Origin: an uncultured Gammaproteobacteria bacterium
GTDB lineage: Bacteria; Pseudomonadota; Gammaproteobacteria; UBA9214
NCBI GenBank assembly: GCA_963773065.1
Contig: CAVYZN010000023.1
Coordinates: 93,041 to 125,040, forward strand
DNA length: 32,000 nt
Reading direction: 5' to 3'
A program made the position numbers and the translations under genes. Positions 6,502 through 16,492 of this stretch are shown one piece after another (position 1 is the stretch's first letter; each line of letters starts with the position of its first letter). Under the pieces are notes generated by a model, which searched no databases, was not told where the DNA came from, and saw only the letters and a list, made by a program, of their open reading frames with translations.

Positions 6502-9500
6502 ATGACCAGGACCTATAAGATACGCGGCACCGAACAACACGCGAGGACCGTTCCTCCCACCAGTCAGGACATCGCCATCACCAATCCGCGCCGGCTGGTC
6601 GCCCGGCTCCGCCCGCGAGGCCGGGGTGGGCGAGATCGAGGCGGCGGGCGACGAGGTGGTGCGGGTGGAACTGGAAAACGGCTTCGTGCTGTGGACCCGG
6701 GCCGACGACCTGATCCGGGAGCGGGGCCGGAAGGCGACGAGCCGCGACGGGGGCGAGGGTTGGGAGATCGAAAGCCGGCCAAAATTGCGGGGCATGCAGT
6801 CCGGCCAGCGGGGCTGGCTGGGGCTCGGTATCAAGGTGCTGGAGTTCTTCGGCGTGGACCTGACGGGCAAGACGGCCGGGGTACTGGGCGACAAGCTGGA
6901 GGAGAAACTGTTGAAGGGCAATTTCCCGGGTCTCTACCGCTGCGCCCTGGGGGATGCTTTTACCCTCACGGTTGTGCCCGACGGTGAGGAACTGCCAACT
7001 GGCAAGGAGCCGTTGCTGGTATTTATACACGGTACCGCTTCCAGCACCCAGGGCAGCTTCGGCAAGCTTTGGGAAGGAGGCGGCAGCGCCGGCGCCGCGG
7101 CGCGCAAGACACTCAAGGATCGCTACGGCGACCGGGTGTATGCCTGGGAGCACCGCTCCCTCACCGTCAGTCCCATCCAGAATGCCCTGGAGTTGGTGCG
7201 ACGCCTTCCCGCCAACGCCGTGGTCCATTTGGTGACTCATTCCCGGGGCGGGCTGGTGGGGGAACTGCTTTGTCTCGCCGAGCGGGACAAGTCCAAGGAC
7301 CCGTTCCAGTCGGATCTCCTGCAAAACCTGTTCGCCGCCGATCGCACCATCGCCGAGCAGATCGGCCTGAGCCCGCTGGATGAGGGCGCCGCCAAGACGC
7401 GCGACGATGCTTACGGCGAGGACCGGGAGCGGCTGAAAAAGCTGCTGGAATTGCTGGACGAAAAGCAGATTAAAATCCGACGCTTCGTGCGCGTGGCCTG
7501 TCCGGCCCGGGGCACCACCCTGGCCTCGGGCCGCCTGGACCGCTGGCTGTCGGTCATCAACCACCTCACCGGCAACAGCCTGGTGGGCGATGCCGCCGAC
7601 TTCCTGCTGGCGGTGGTGAAGGAGCGCACCGACCCGCGCACCCTGCCGGGGCTGGAGGCCATGATGCCCGGCTCGGCCCTCACCCGGATGCTACAGCACC
7701 CCGCCCTCACCACCGGCGCCGATCTGACGGTGATCGCCGGCGACGTCGAGGGCGACAACCTGTGGAGCCAGATCAAGCTGCTGGCCACCGACTGGTTCTA
7801 CGGCGCCGACCACGATCTGGTAGTGAACACCGGTTCCATGTATGGCGGCATCCGCCGACCGGAAAAGGGCGCCCGCTTCCTGCGGGACCAGGGTCCCAGC
7901 GTCAACCACTTCAGCTATTTCGAGAACGACAAGAGCGTGCGCTGGCTGATGGCGGGACTCACCCGGGCCGACGGAACCGACGGCGGCTTCCAGCCCATCG
8001 AAGCAGCGAAACACGAAGAACCCCGCTGGCGCGAGGCGGTGCGCCGCAGCCGTGCCGCGACCGCGCCGCGGCCCCTGGCCGTGGTGCTGCCGGGCACTCT
8101 GGGCAGCGCCCTGAAGGTGCAGGGCGAAAATGTGTGGCTCGACTACTGGTCCCTGTTGTGGGGCGGGCTCAAGCGGCTAAGCATGGATGCGACGGGGGTC
8201 GAGCCCACCGACCTGCTGGACGATTTTTACGGCCCCCTGCTGGAGTTCCTGGCACGCAGCCACCGCGTGGAGATCTTCCCCTACGATTGGCGGCTTTCGG
8301 TGGTCGATGCGGCGAAAAAACTGGCGGACCGCTTGGAAGTCTGGCTGCCGGCAGCCGAGCGCACTGACCAGTCCGTACACCTGGTGGCCCATTCCATGGG
8401 CGGGCTGGTGGTGCGCGCCATGATCGCGGACACGCAACGTGGAGCAGCGCTGTGGCGGCGCATCGTTGCCCTGCCCAACAGCCGATTCCTGATGCTGGGC
8501 ACGCCGAACCTGGGTTCCTACGAAGCGGTGCGCTGGCTGACCGGCGGCAACCCAACCCAGGCCAAGATCAGCCTGCTGGATATCACCCAGAGCACCAACG
8601 AGATCATCGATTTGGTGCGCAACTATCCGGGCCTGGTGGAACTGCTGCCCTTCGACCCCGACAGCCCCGACTTCAGCCAGCAGGGCCTCTGGAAGAAACT
8701 CAGGGACGCCTTGAACGCCTCATGGCAACCGGCCGAGGAAGCGGTGCTGCGCCAGGCGCTCGCTACCTGGACTCTCTTGAAACAGTCCGCCCCGGATCCC
8801 GAGCACATGATTTACGTGGCCGGCTGTCAGGATGCCACGGTGGCGGATTACCACCTGGCCGACTACGAACAACCCTCTCTCGCTGGACGTAAACGCCTCG
8901 AGTTCATCGGCGACCGGCAGGGCGACGGAACGGTGACCTGGAAGTCCGGCCGCCTGCCCGGCGTACCCGTCTGGTATGTGGAAGACACGGCCCATGACGA
9001 GCTGTGCAAGCAGAAACGCGCCCTGCCCGGCTACCTGGATCTGCTCATGACCGGCAAGACCACGCGCCTGCCCGGCACCCCGCCGGCCGGGGCGAGAGCG
9101 GCGGCGGGCGAGCCGGATCGCTTCCCCATGCCGGCCCTGCCGCACACCGACGACATCCCGGATGAGCGCAGCGTGCGCAGCTTCAGCTTCGGTCCCGGGC
9201 GGCCCTTAGAGACCGATGACGACCGGCCGGTGGTGCCGGTCATCCAGGTCGGCATCTGTCACGGCGACCTGGCCTACGCCCATCATCCGGTGCTGGTGGG
9301 GCATTACCTGGGTGACACCGTCATCAGCGCCGAGTCCGCCCTGGACCACCGGCTTGGCGGGGCGCTGACACGGCGCCTGCAGCTCGGGCTCTACCCGGGG
9401 CAGACGGGAACCCATGCCCTGTTCTTCAATGAAAAGACGGACGGCAAACCCGGGGGCGCGGTCGTGATCGGGCTGGGCCAGGTGGGCGAACTCTCTCCCG

Positions 9501-12022
9501 GTCTGCTCGAGGCCGGCGTGCGCAACGCGCTGATGGACTACGCCCTGCAGGTGGCTCAATGGCCGGACGAACGCTTCGGTCCGGCCAAGGGCGTGCGATC
9601 GGCCGCCGTATCCTGTCTGCTGGTGGGCTCCGGCCCGGGCGGCATGGCGGTGCGTGATTCCGTCGATGCCATCCTCCGGGGCGCGGTGGCGGCCAATGAC
9701 CGGCTGGAGCAGGCTGATCTGAATGACCGGGTGCTCATCGACCGCGTCGAGTTTCTGGAGCTGTTCGAGGACGTGGCCCTCGCCGCGGCCGATGCAATGG
9801 ATTCGATCTTGAAGGACGGGAAACTGGCCAATGCCATCGCCTGGCCGGCGAAAGTCATCGAGGAAGGACAGGGCCGGCTCCGCCGGGTACGCTGCGACGA
9901 TACACCGGGCTGGTGGCACCGGCTGGAGATCATCGAGGAGAAAGGCCGGGGCGGCCTGCGCTTCATCGCCTCCACCGATCGCGCCCGGGCCGAGGTCACC
10001 CAGGCCACCGGCCAGCTTCGATTGGCGGACAGCTTTATCCACCAGGCCTCCCAGTCTCCCGCCAGCAATGCCGAAGTGGCCAAGACCCTGTTCGAGATGC
10101 TCCTGCCCAACCGGCTGAAGGAATTGGCCCCCAGACAGACGGACCTGGTGCTGCTGGTGGACGCAGCCTCGGCGCGCTACCCCTGGGAATTGCTGGAAGA
10201 CCGCTGGAGCCAGACCGGCCGGCCGGCCGCTGTTTCCGCCGGCCTGGTGCGCCAGCTCAAGACGCCCCGGTTCCGTCCCCATCCGGCCCATGCCACCGAG
10301 GCCACCGCCTTCGTCGTGGGCAATCCGGATCTGGGCGGCTGGGATTCCTTCCCCGACCTGCCCGGCGCAAGGCAGGAGGCGCAAAACGTCGCCAGCCGGC
10401 TTATGGCCGGAGGTTATCGGGTGAGGGACTGCATTGATGAAAAGGCCGACGTCATCCTGGAAGTTCTGCACAAGGACGCCTGGCGCATCCTGCACCTGGC
10501 GGGCCACGGCGAGCACGAGATGGTGCTGGAGGAGGAAGATGAAGCCCGAGAGGTGTGCGCGGACGATGAGCGGCCCGTTCCGAAACGCAAGCAGTGCCTC
10601 TCGGGCATGGTCATCGGCAGCAAGACTTTCCTCACCCCGGGCGATGTGGAGCAGATGCGCTGGGTGCCGGAGCTGGTGTTCATCAACTGCTGCCACCTGG
10701 GCAAGACCGGCGCCTCCCGACACGGCAAATACAGCCTGCTGGCGGCGAACCTGGGAGTGCAGTTCATCAACATGGGAGTCAAGGCAGTGGTGGCCGCCGG
10801 CTGGGCGGTGGACGACGGGGCGGCGAGCGCCTTCGCGGAGAGTTTCTACGCCCACCTGCTGGACGGCGAGCTTTTCGGCAAGGCGGTGCGTGCCGCCCGG
10901 GAGGAGATCTGGACCCGCTTCCCCAACGTCAACACCTGGGGCGCCTACCAGTGCTACGGGGATCCCGGCTACCGGCTTCGCGGCGACGGCGCTGCCCCAC
11001 CGCCTCCCAGCGGCAAGCGCTACCACTCCCCGGCCGAATTGATCGCCGATCTGGAAAACCACACCCAAGTGATCCGCGTGAAGATCAAGAACAAGGAGAA
11101 GGACGGGGACGAGGATGCCCTCGCCAAGATGCGCGCCGGCATCGTCGGCCTGTTCGGTGCCATACCGGAAGAGCGGCAGGCGAAATGGCTCGCCCGCGCC
11201 GACGTGGCGGCGGCAGTGGGCTTCGCCTGGGGCGAGACCGGCGCCTGGGCCGAGGCCGTGGAATGGCTGGAGAAGGCACTGCATGCCAAGGAGGGCGATT
11301 GCCCGGTGCGGGCGGTGGAACAGTGCGCCAACTTCAGGGTACGGCTGTCCGCGCAGAAGTGGCAGCAGATGCGTGATGCGGTTGATCGCAAACAGGCCGA
11401 GGCAGGTCGCTCTGCGCTGATCCGGGAAATCGAACTCGCCATCCGGGAACTGGACTACCTCAACCAGCGGGCGCCGACCCAGGAACGATTGGACCTGCTG
11501 GGCGGCGCCTGCAAGCGGCTGGCCTGGGTTCACACCGAAGAGGCGCCGCGCCTCGAAGCTCTGGTCAACATGGCCAACTACTATCGCCAAGCCTTCGATC
11601 ATGACGACAAAGCCAGATCCCTATCCCTTCACCAACTGGGCCATCGCCAAGGTGTTCGCCAATCGGTTCGATCCCACCCAGGATGGCGAGTGGCGGATCA
11701 CTCTGGAAGACGAATGCCGGCGCATGATCGACGTGGCCCGGAGCCGCAACGCCGAGAAACCCAATTTCTGGGACGGGGCGGCCGAGGCCGACTGCGAACT
11801 GGTGATGTTGCTATGCTGGCAAATCGCGACACCACGACGAAGGCAGCCAACGAAGCCGTGACCCGCATTGCCGAACTTTACCGAGCCGCGGCACGGCGCG
11901 GCGCCAGTCCCAGGGAATACGCCTCGGTGCTGGAGCACCTGGACTTCGTCATCGAGGTGGGCGGCTTCACGGCCGGCTCTCCATTGAACGAAGCTCTGCG
12001 CGCCATCCGCGATGCGCTCTGA
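6502..12022 (+). CDS. Giant multidomain protein (about 1840 aa): alpha/beta hydrolase 1 + LCAT/PGAP1-like lipase + middle (possibly macro-like) region + CHAT caspase-fold protease + helical/TPR-like tail. The continuous ORF as read is 6626..12022.
   Basis: ORF track, 1798 aa. Hydrolase 1: LLVFIHGTASS, VTHSRGG (Ser 7241..7243), DHDLVVNTGSM. Lipase 2: PYDWRLS (8279..), VAHSMGG (Ser 8393..8395), GDGTV (Asp 8924..8926), DTAHDEL. CHAT: PDLPGARQEAQ, ILHLAGHGEH (His 10505..10507), LVFINCCHLG (Cys 10688..10693), AVVAAGWAVDD..A..F...FY, TWGAYQCYGDPGY. The likely true start is ATG 6502 (AAGGAG 9 nt upstream, MTRTYKIRG...), joined by a frameshift within about 6575..6625. A compensating frameshift pair at about 11605..11615 and 11805..11820 puts about 70 codons out of frame; the real reading is ..DDKPDPYPFTNWAIAKVFANRFDPTQDGEWRITLEDECRRMIDVARSRNAEKPNFWDGAAEADCELVMLL.. 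from ORF 11601..11861. Confidence 0.85.
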
Positions 12023-12047
12023 GCCGCCAGGAACCAAGGAGACCGCC

Positions 12048-12605
12048 ATGGCCAACCGTTCGAAAACCCGGCTGGAAAACCTCAGTCTCGAAGACCTCGA
12101 CCCGCAGGATCTCATCGCCGCGAACTTCCGTGTCTATGAACTCACCCGTTCCGAACTCGCCAGCCGGCTGGGCATAGACAACACCTTCCCGAGCGACCGG
12201 GAACTGCGCGCCGCCGTGTACCTGGCCCGCAAGGTGCTGCAGGTGATTCGCGATACCTTCGGCCCCTATACCCCAAACAGCGTGTTCCGCAGCCAAGCCC
12301 TGGAGCGCGCGCTGAAGAAAAAGCCCGGCGGGTGGATCAGCACCAGCCAGCACACCCAGGGCTGCGCCTGTGACGTGGAGATCGTCGGCAAGACCACCCT
12401 GGAACTGGCTCAATGGGCGGCGGACAACCTGCCCGACTACGACCAGATCATCTGCGAGTGCTTCGACCCGAGCGAAGGCCCCAACTCCGGTTGGGTGCAT
12501 ATCTCCCTCAAGCCCCCCGAATTGGGGGTAAACCGCAGGACCCTCTTGAGCTACATCCGTGATCCCGAAAATGGAACTCATCGCCGCGAACTTCCGTGTC
12601 TATGA
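12048..12605 (+). CDS. Peptidase M15 family zinc metallopeptidase (D-Ala-D-Ala carboxypeptidase / endolysin-like), copy 1.
   Basis: ATG 12048 has AAGGAGA 6 nt upstream and lies 26 nt after the stop of the giant gene. Motifs: F.V.EL..S..A.RLGIDN.P, VFRS, H-x6-D (SQHTQGCACD, 12351..12374), GWVHIS. No signal peptide. The C-terminus is replaced by out-of-frame readthrough into copy 2. Confidence 0.8.
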   Translation: MANRSKTRLENLSLEDLDPQDLIAANFRVYELTRSELASRLGIDNTFPSDRELRAAVYLARKVLQVIRDTFGPYTPNSVFRSQALERALKKKPGGWISTSQHTQGCACDVEIVGKTTLELAQWAADNLPDYDQIICECFDPSEGPNSGWVHISLKPPELGVNRRTLLSYIRDPENGTHRRELPCL

Positions 12606-13042
12606 ACTCACCCGCTCCGAACTCGCCAGCCGGCTGGGCATAGACAATTCCTTTCCCAGCGAGCGGGAGCTGCGCGCCGCCGTGTACCTGGCGCGCAAGG
12701 TGCTGCAGGTGATTCGCAAGGAATTCGGTTCCTTCTCACCCAACAGCGTGTTCCGCAGCCAGGCTCTGGAACGCGCGCTGAAGAAAAAGCCCGCCGGCTG
12801 GATCAGCACCAGCCAACACACCCAGGGCTGTGCCTGCGACCTGGAACTCGTCGGCAAGACCACCCTGGAACTGGCCCAGTGGGCGGCGGACAACCTGCCC
12901 GACTACGACCAGATCATCTGCGAGTGCTTCGACCCGAGAGAAGGTCCCAACTCCGGTTGGGTGCACATCTCCTTCAAGCCCCCCGAATTGGGGGTAAACC
13001 GCAGGACCCTCCTGAGCTACATCCGTGATCCCGGAAGCGAAC
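12111..13042. repeat. Direct tandem duplication, 2 x 466 bp (12111..12576 and 12577..13042), covering most of the M15 peptidase gene.
   Basis: ctcatcgccgcgaacttccgtgtctatgaactcacccg starts at both 12111 and 12577. The copies align end to end with scattered substitutions; most positions are identical by eye. Confidence 0.9.
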
Positions 13043-13083
13043 AGATGGTTTATGTCGAGGGGTTGCGGGAAAGCGTGGCGTGA
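12571..13083 (+). CDS. Peptidase M15 family zinc metallopeptidase, copy 2 (tandem paralogue).
   Basis: Same motifs as copy 1 (His at 12817..12819). Start is ATG 12571, or GTG 12559 as in the ORF track. It has the full-length C-terminus ..SYIRDPGSEQMVYVEGLRESVA. Confidence 0.8.
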   Translation: MELIAANFRVYELTRSELASRLGIDNSFPSERELRAAVYLARKVLQVIRKEFGSFSPNSVFRSQALERALKKKPAGWISTSQHTQGCACDLELVGKTTLELAQWAADNLPDYDQIICECFDPREGPNSGWVHISFKPPELGVNRRTLLSYIRDPGSEQMVYVEGLRESVA

Positions 13084-13170
13084 CAATTGGCATGATGTCG
13101 AAGTGACTGTGCGCGACACCGGTGAGATCAGCGCGAGTGGAAAATACTTCCGGCATCGCACCGGTTACTG

Positions 13171-13349
13171 AGAGCCTGTGAAAATATCGCCAGCCTGCGT
13201 CGGACGCCGCTTTGCGGCTGCGGCGGCGTTGCGCCACGCGAAAACTTCGGTCATTTGGCTCGCCAAACTCCCTTGTTTTCGCGCAGCGCGCCTTGCCTCG
13301 CACGCAAATCGACGCCCTCGCGACGACCGTCGATATTTTCACAGGCTCT
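13171..13349. repeat. 179-bp palindromic element with perfect 19-bp terminal inverted repeats (MITE-like or a large hairpin).
   Basis: agagcctgtgaaaatatcg at 13171..13189 is the exact reverse complement of cgatattttcacaggctct at 13331..13349. There is an inner inverted pair, cgcgaaaac / gttttcgcg. The element lies in a non-coding, lower-GC gap. Confidence 0.8.
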
Positions 13350-13386
13350 GAATCCATACATCATCCACTGCAAGGAGGAGATGGCC

Positions 13387-13518
13387 ATGAATAAATGCGT
13401 TGTGTTGCTACGCAACGCTTGGTGGATTACGCAAGAATACGCTAACCCCCTACCCGCCCTGATTTGTATTCCTCCCTCAATGACAGACAGAACGCTTACC
13501 TTGACGGATATCCGCTGA
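13387..13518 (+). CDS. Possible 43-aa small ORF (MNKCVVLLRNAWWITQEYANPLPALICIPPSMTDRTLTLTDIR).
   Basis: A strong SD (AAGGAGG) lies about 8 nt upstream of ATG 13387. No homology recognised. It may be fortuitous. Confidence 0.2.
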   Translation: MNKCVVLLRNAWWITQEYANPLPALICIPPSMTDRTLTLTDIR

Positions 13519-13754
13519 TCCCGTTCAGCGGCATGCGCCATGGCGGCGTGTGCCACAGTTGAAGTAACCGGTGACAGAACGTCTGAAAAAAATTCAAGAC
13601 CCTGCGCTCCTGCCTCCTGCATGCGGTGAAATTTATACCCGGCCTTCAACGGAAGCGATTGGGCGAAATCCTGACTGCTCCATCGAATACCGGGGTTTCT
13701 TTCGCCAGCCCGGTTATCTGCGATATGCTCCTTTCTCTTGAGAACACGGGCCAC

Positions 13755-16464
13755 ATGACCACCATCTACCTCTCTTCGTCCTACGAAGACCTGAAGGACT
13801 ACCGCCGGGTCGTGTTCGAGGCCCTGCGACGGTCCGGGTATAACGTCATCGCGATGGAGGAGTACGTCGCCCGTGACGACCGCCCCGTGTACGCCTGCCT
13901 TCAGGACGTCGATCACGCCGACATCTATGTGGGGCTGTTTGCCTTCCGCTATGGCTACATCCCGCCCGCCGCACACGGCAATCCCAACGGCCTGTCCATC
14001 ACCGAACTGGAGTTCCGGCGCGCCGATCGCTGCGCCTGCCAAGAAATGCCTGACGTTTCTGCTCGATGAAAAGACCCCCTGGTCGAGCCTATACAACGAC
14101 GCCTATACACGTGAGAACGAACGCGGTGAGCGAATCAAGAAGTTGAGGGATTACCTGCGGCAGGAAAAGATGGCAAGCTTCTTCAGCACACCCCACGAAC
14201 TGGCCAGCCTGGTGCAAGCCGCCGTCAGCCAACATCTCCAGTCCGGCCGGGAAGAATCCCCGGCGTCCGAAACCCGTTCCGAACCGATCACCTGGCACGT
14301 CGCCAAAGACGACTCGCCCTATCCGGGGCTCATGCACTTCACGCGACAGTTCGCCCGGGTGTTCTTCGGCCGCGAGGGGGAGGCGCGGGAACTGCTCGAC
14401 CGGATGACCCTGCCCGATGGCCGCTTCCTCATCGTGAGCGGCGACTCCGGCACCGGCAAGTCCTCGCTGGTGGATGCGGGCGTGTTACCCCGGCTGGAGG
14501 AATCCGGACTCCCCGGATACCCGACACTCACTACGGTACGCCTGGTCCCGGGCGAAGGAGAGAACCCCTTCGACGCCCTGCTCCGGGTCCTTAGCCCTTA
14601 CGCACAACGGGCGGGTTTGAACTCGTATCTGCTTGGCACCGAGGAGCTGGTCGCCCACCCCGAGAATTTGCCGGCAACGCTTGCGACGATCGTCGCGCGT
14701 GGCATGGACACAAAGGCCTTGGTGCTGTTTGTCGACCAGATGGAAGAGCTGTTCACGGTCAAGGAAGAGGAAAAAGCGCTGGCGGCCGCCTTTCTCTCGG
14801 GGCTTTACCAGGCCATCCAGACAAGCGCCTTGTGGGTCATCGCCACCATCCGCACCGACCTGCTGCACCACTGCTACAACCACCCGGACCTGCTCAAGGT
14901 CCTGCGCGGTCCGGGGCATTATCCGCTCGGTCCGATGGCGCTCCACCGGTTGCATGAGATCATCGTGCGGCCCGCTCGCTGCGCCGGCCTGGCAGTTCCC
15001 GGTCCTCTGGCGGGACGTCTGATCAAGGACGTCGGCACGGAAGCGGGCAATCTGCCGTTGCTGGCCTTCGTGCTGCGGCGGTTGTTCGACAGACGCCAGG
15101 ATAATGTGCTCAGTGAAGCAGTCTACGATGACCTCGGCGTCCTCAATGGCGCCATCGCCGATCACGCTGCTTCGGTGCAACGCGAACTCGCCGCCACCCT
15201 TGGACAAGAAGTCCTGGAACGGCGTCTTGCCGAAATCTTCGAGGCTCTGGTCCACGCGGATGTGGAGGGCCTGCCCACCCGGCGCAGCGTCCCTTCGCAG
15301 GAGTTTTCCGACCACATGCATACCGTCATCGATGCCCTGGTGAAGGGACAGCTTCTGACCGTGCAGGGTGGGCGCGATAAGGGCACCGTCACCGTGGCTC
15401 ACGAACGCCTGTTCAATGCCTGGCCGGCGCTTGCCCATTGGGTCGCCGAACTCCAGGACGAGCTGCGCCTGCTGCGCCAGGGTGAACTCGATGCCGCGGA
15501 GTGGCAGCGTCATAACGCAGACCTCGGCTATCTTTGGCACACCGACCGCCTGATGCGCTTGCAGACGGTGGTAAGCGGCCTGGCAGCCAACCGGGCAAGC
15601 CGGCAGCTACGCGACTTCGCCTGGCCGCAACAACGTCTGGTGAACCGCCTGAACGAACCGGAACTTACCCATGAGGTACGCCAGAGCATCGGCCGCTACC
15701 TGGCCGAGCAGGGCGATCCACGGCCGGGGACCGGTGTGACCGCCGACGGTATCCCGGACATCGACTGGGTAGACATACCCGACGGTCGCGTGGTGTTGGA
15801 GAAAAATGTCGGCGCGGGCATGGTCGAACCTTTCCGCATGGCGCGTTATCCCATCACCAATGCCCAGTTCGAAGCCTTCGTGTCCGCCGCAGATGGTTAT
15901 CGTAACCGGGAATGGTGGACAGGATCGCCGGAGGCCGCCAGCGATGGCCTGGAAACGCCGCGCTGGCCCGAACCCAACCATCCGCGCGTGTCTGTATCCT
16001 GGTACAAGGCGGCGGCCTTTTGCCGCTGGCTGTCCCGGCGGCTCGGCTTCGAGGTCTGGCTGCCCACCGAATTCGAGTGGCAGCAGGCGGCCACCGGCGG
16101 TGACCCGACCAACGTCTATCCCTGGGGCCCCGAATGGGATGCGCGCTACTGCAACAGTACGAAGAGCAGGCTGAACCGAACCACGGCGGTGGGCATGTAT
16201 CCCGCGGGCGCCAGCCACCAGGGCGTGCTGGATCTGGCCGGCAACGTGTGGGAATGGTGCAAGAATAAATACGACAATCCCGATGACCCAAAGGCGTTGC
16301 GCGTCGATGATTCCGGAGATTCGCGCGTGTTGCGCGGCGGGTCCTGGGCCGGCGGTCCGGTCGACCTGCGTTGCGCCGACCGCTTCAGGTTCTTTCCCGA
16401 CGACCGCTTCGTCGACATCGGGTTTCGTGTGGTGTGCCGCCCCCGCTCTTCCACGGGACGCTGA
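13755..16464 (+). CDS. DUF4062-like (TIR-like Rossmann) N-terminal domain + STAND-type P-loop ATPase (nSTAND-like) + C-terminal FGE-sulfatase-fold domain. One frameshift near 14020..14030.
   Basis: ORFs 13626..14069 and 13873..16464 join as ..GLSITELEFRRA / IAAPAKKCLTFLLDEKTPW... The N-terminus MTTIYLSSSYEDLKDYRRVVFEAL..GYNVIAME.......CLQDVDHADIYVGLFAFRYGYIP fits DUF4062. Walker A is GDSGTGKSSLVDAGVLPRL (14440..), Walker B is LVLFVDQMEELF (14719..14748). FGE fold: FRMARYPITNAQFEAF, LPTEFEWQQAA, LAGNVWEWC, RVLRGGSW, DIGFRVV. Confidence 0.85.
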
Positions 16465-16492
16465 CGGGAATGGCACTTACATCGGGTTACCT

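Noticed and set aside
9206-11602. 798-aa minus-strand ORF, the second-longest ORF in the island.
   Set aside because: It lies entirely antisense to the CHAT-lipase gene. Its product is Arg/Gly/Ala/Pro/His-rich low-complexity sequence without motifs, which is the usual antisense open-frame artefact of GC-rich coding DNA.
13251-14096. 281-aa minus-strand ORF.
   Set aside because: It runs antisense through the DUF4062 domain and across the non-coding palindromic element. No motifs, and it is incompatible with the well-supported plus-strand gene.
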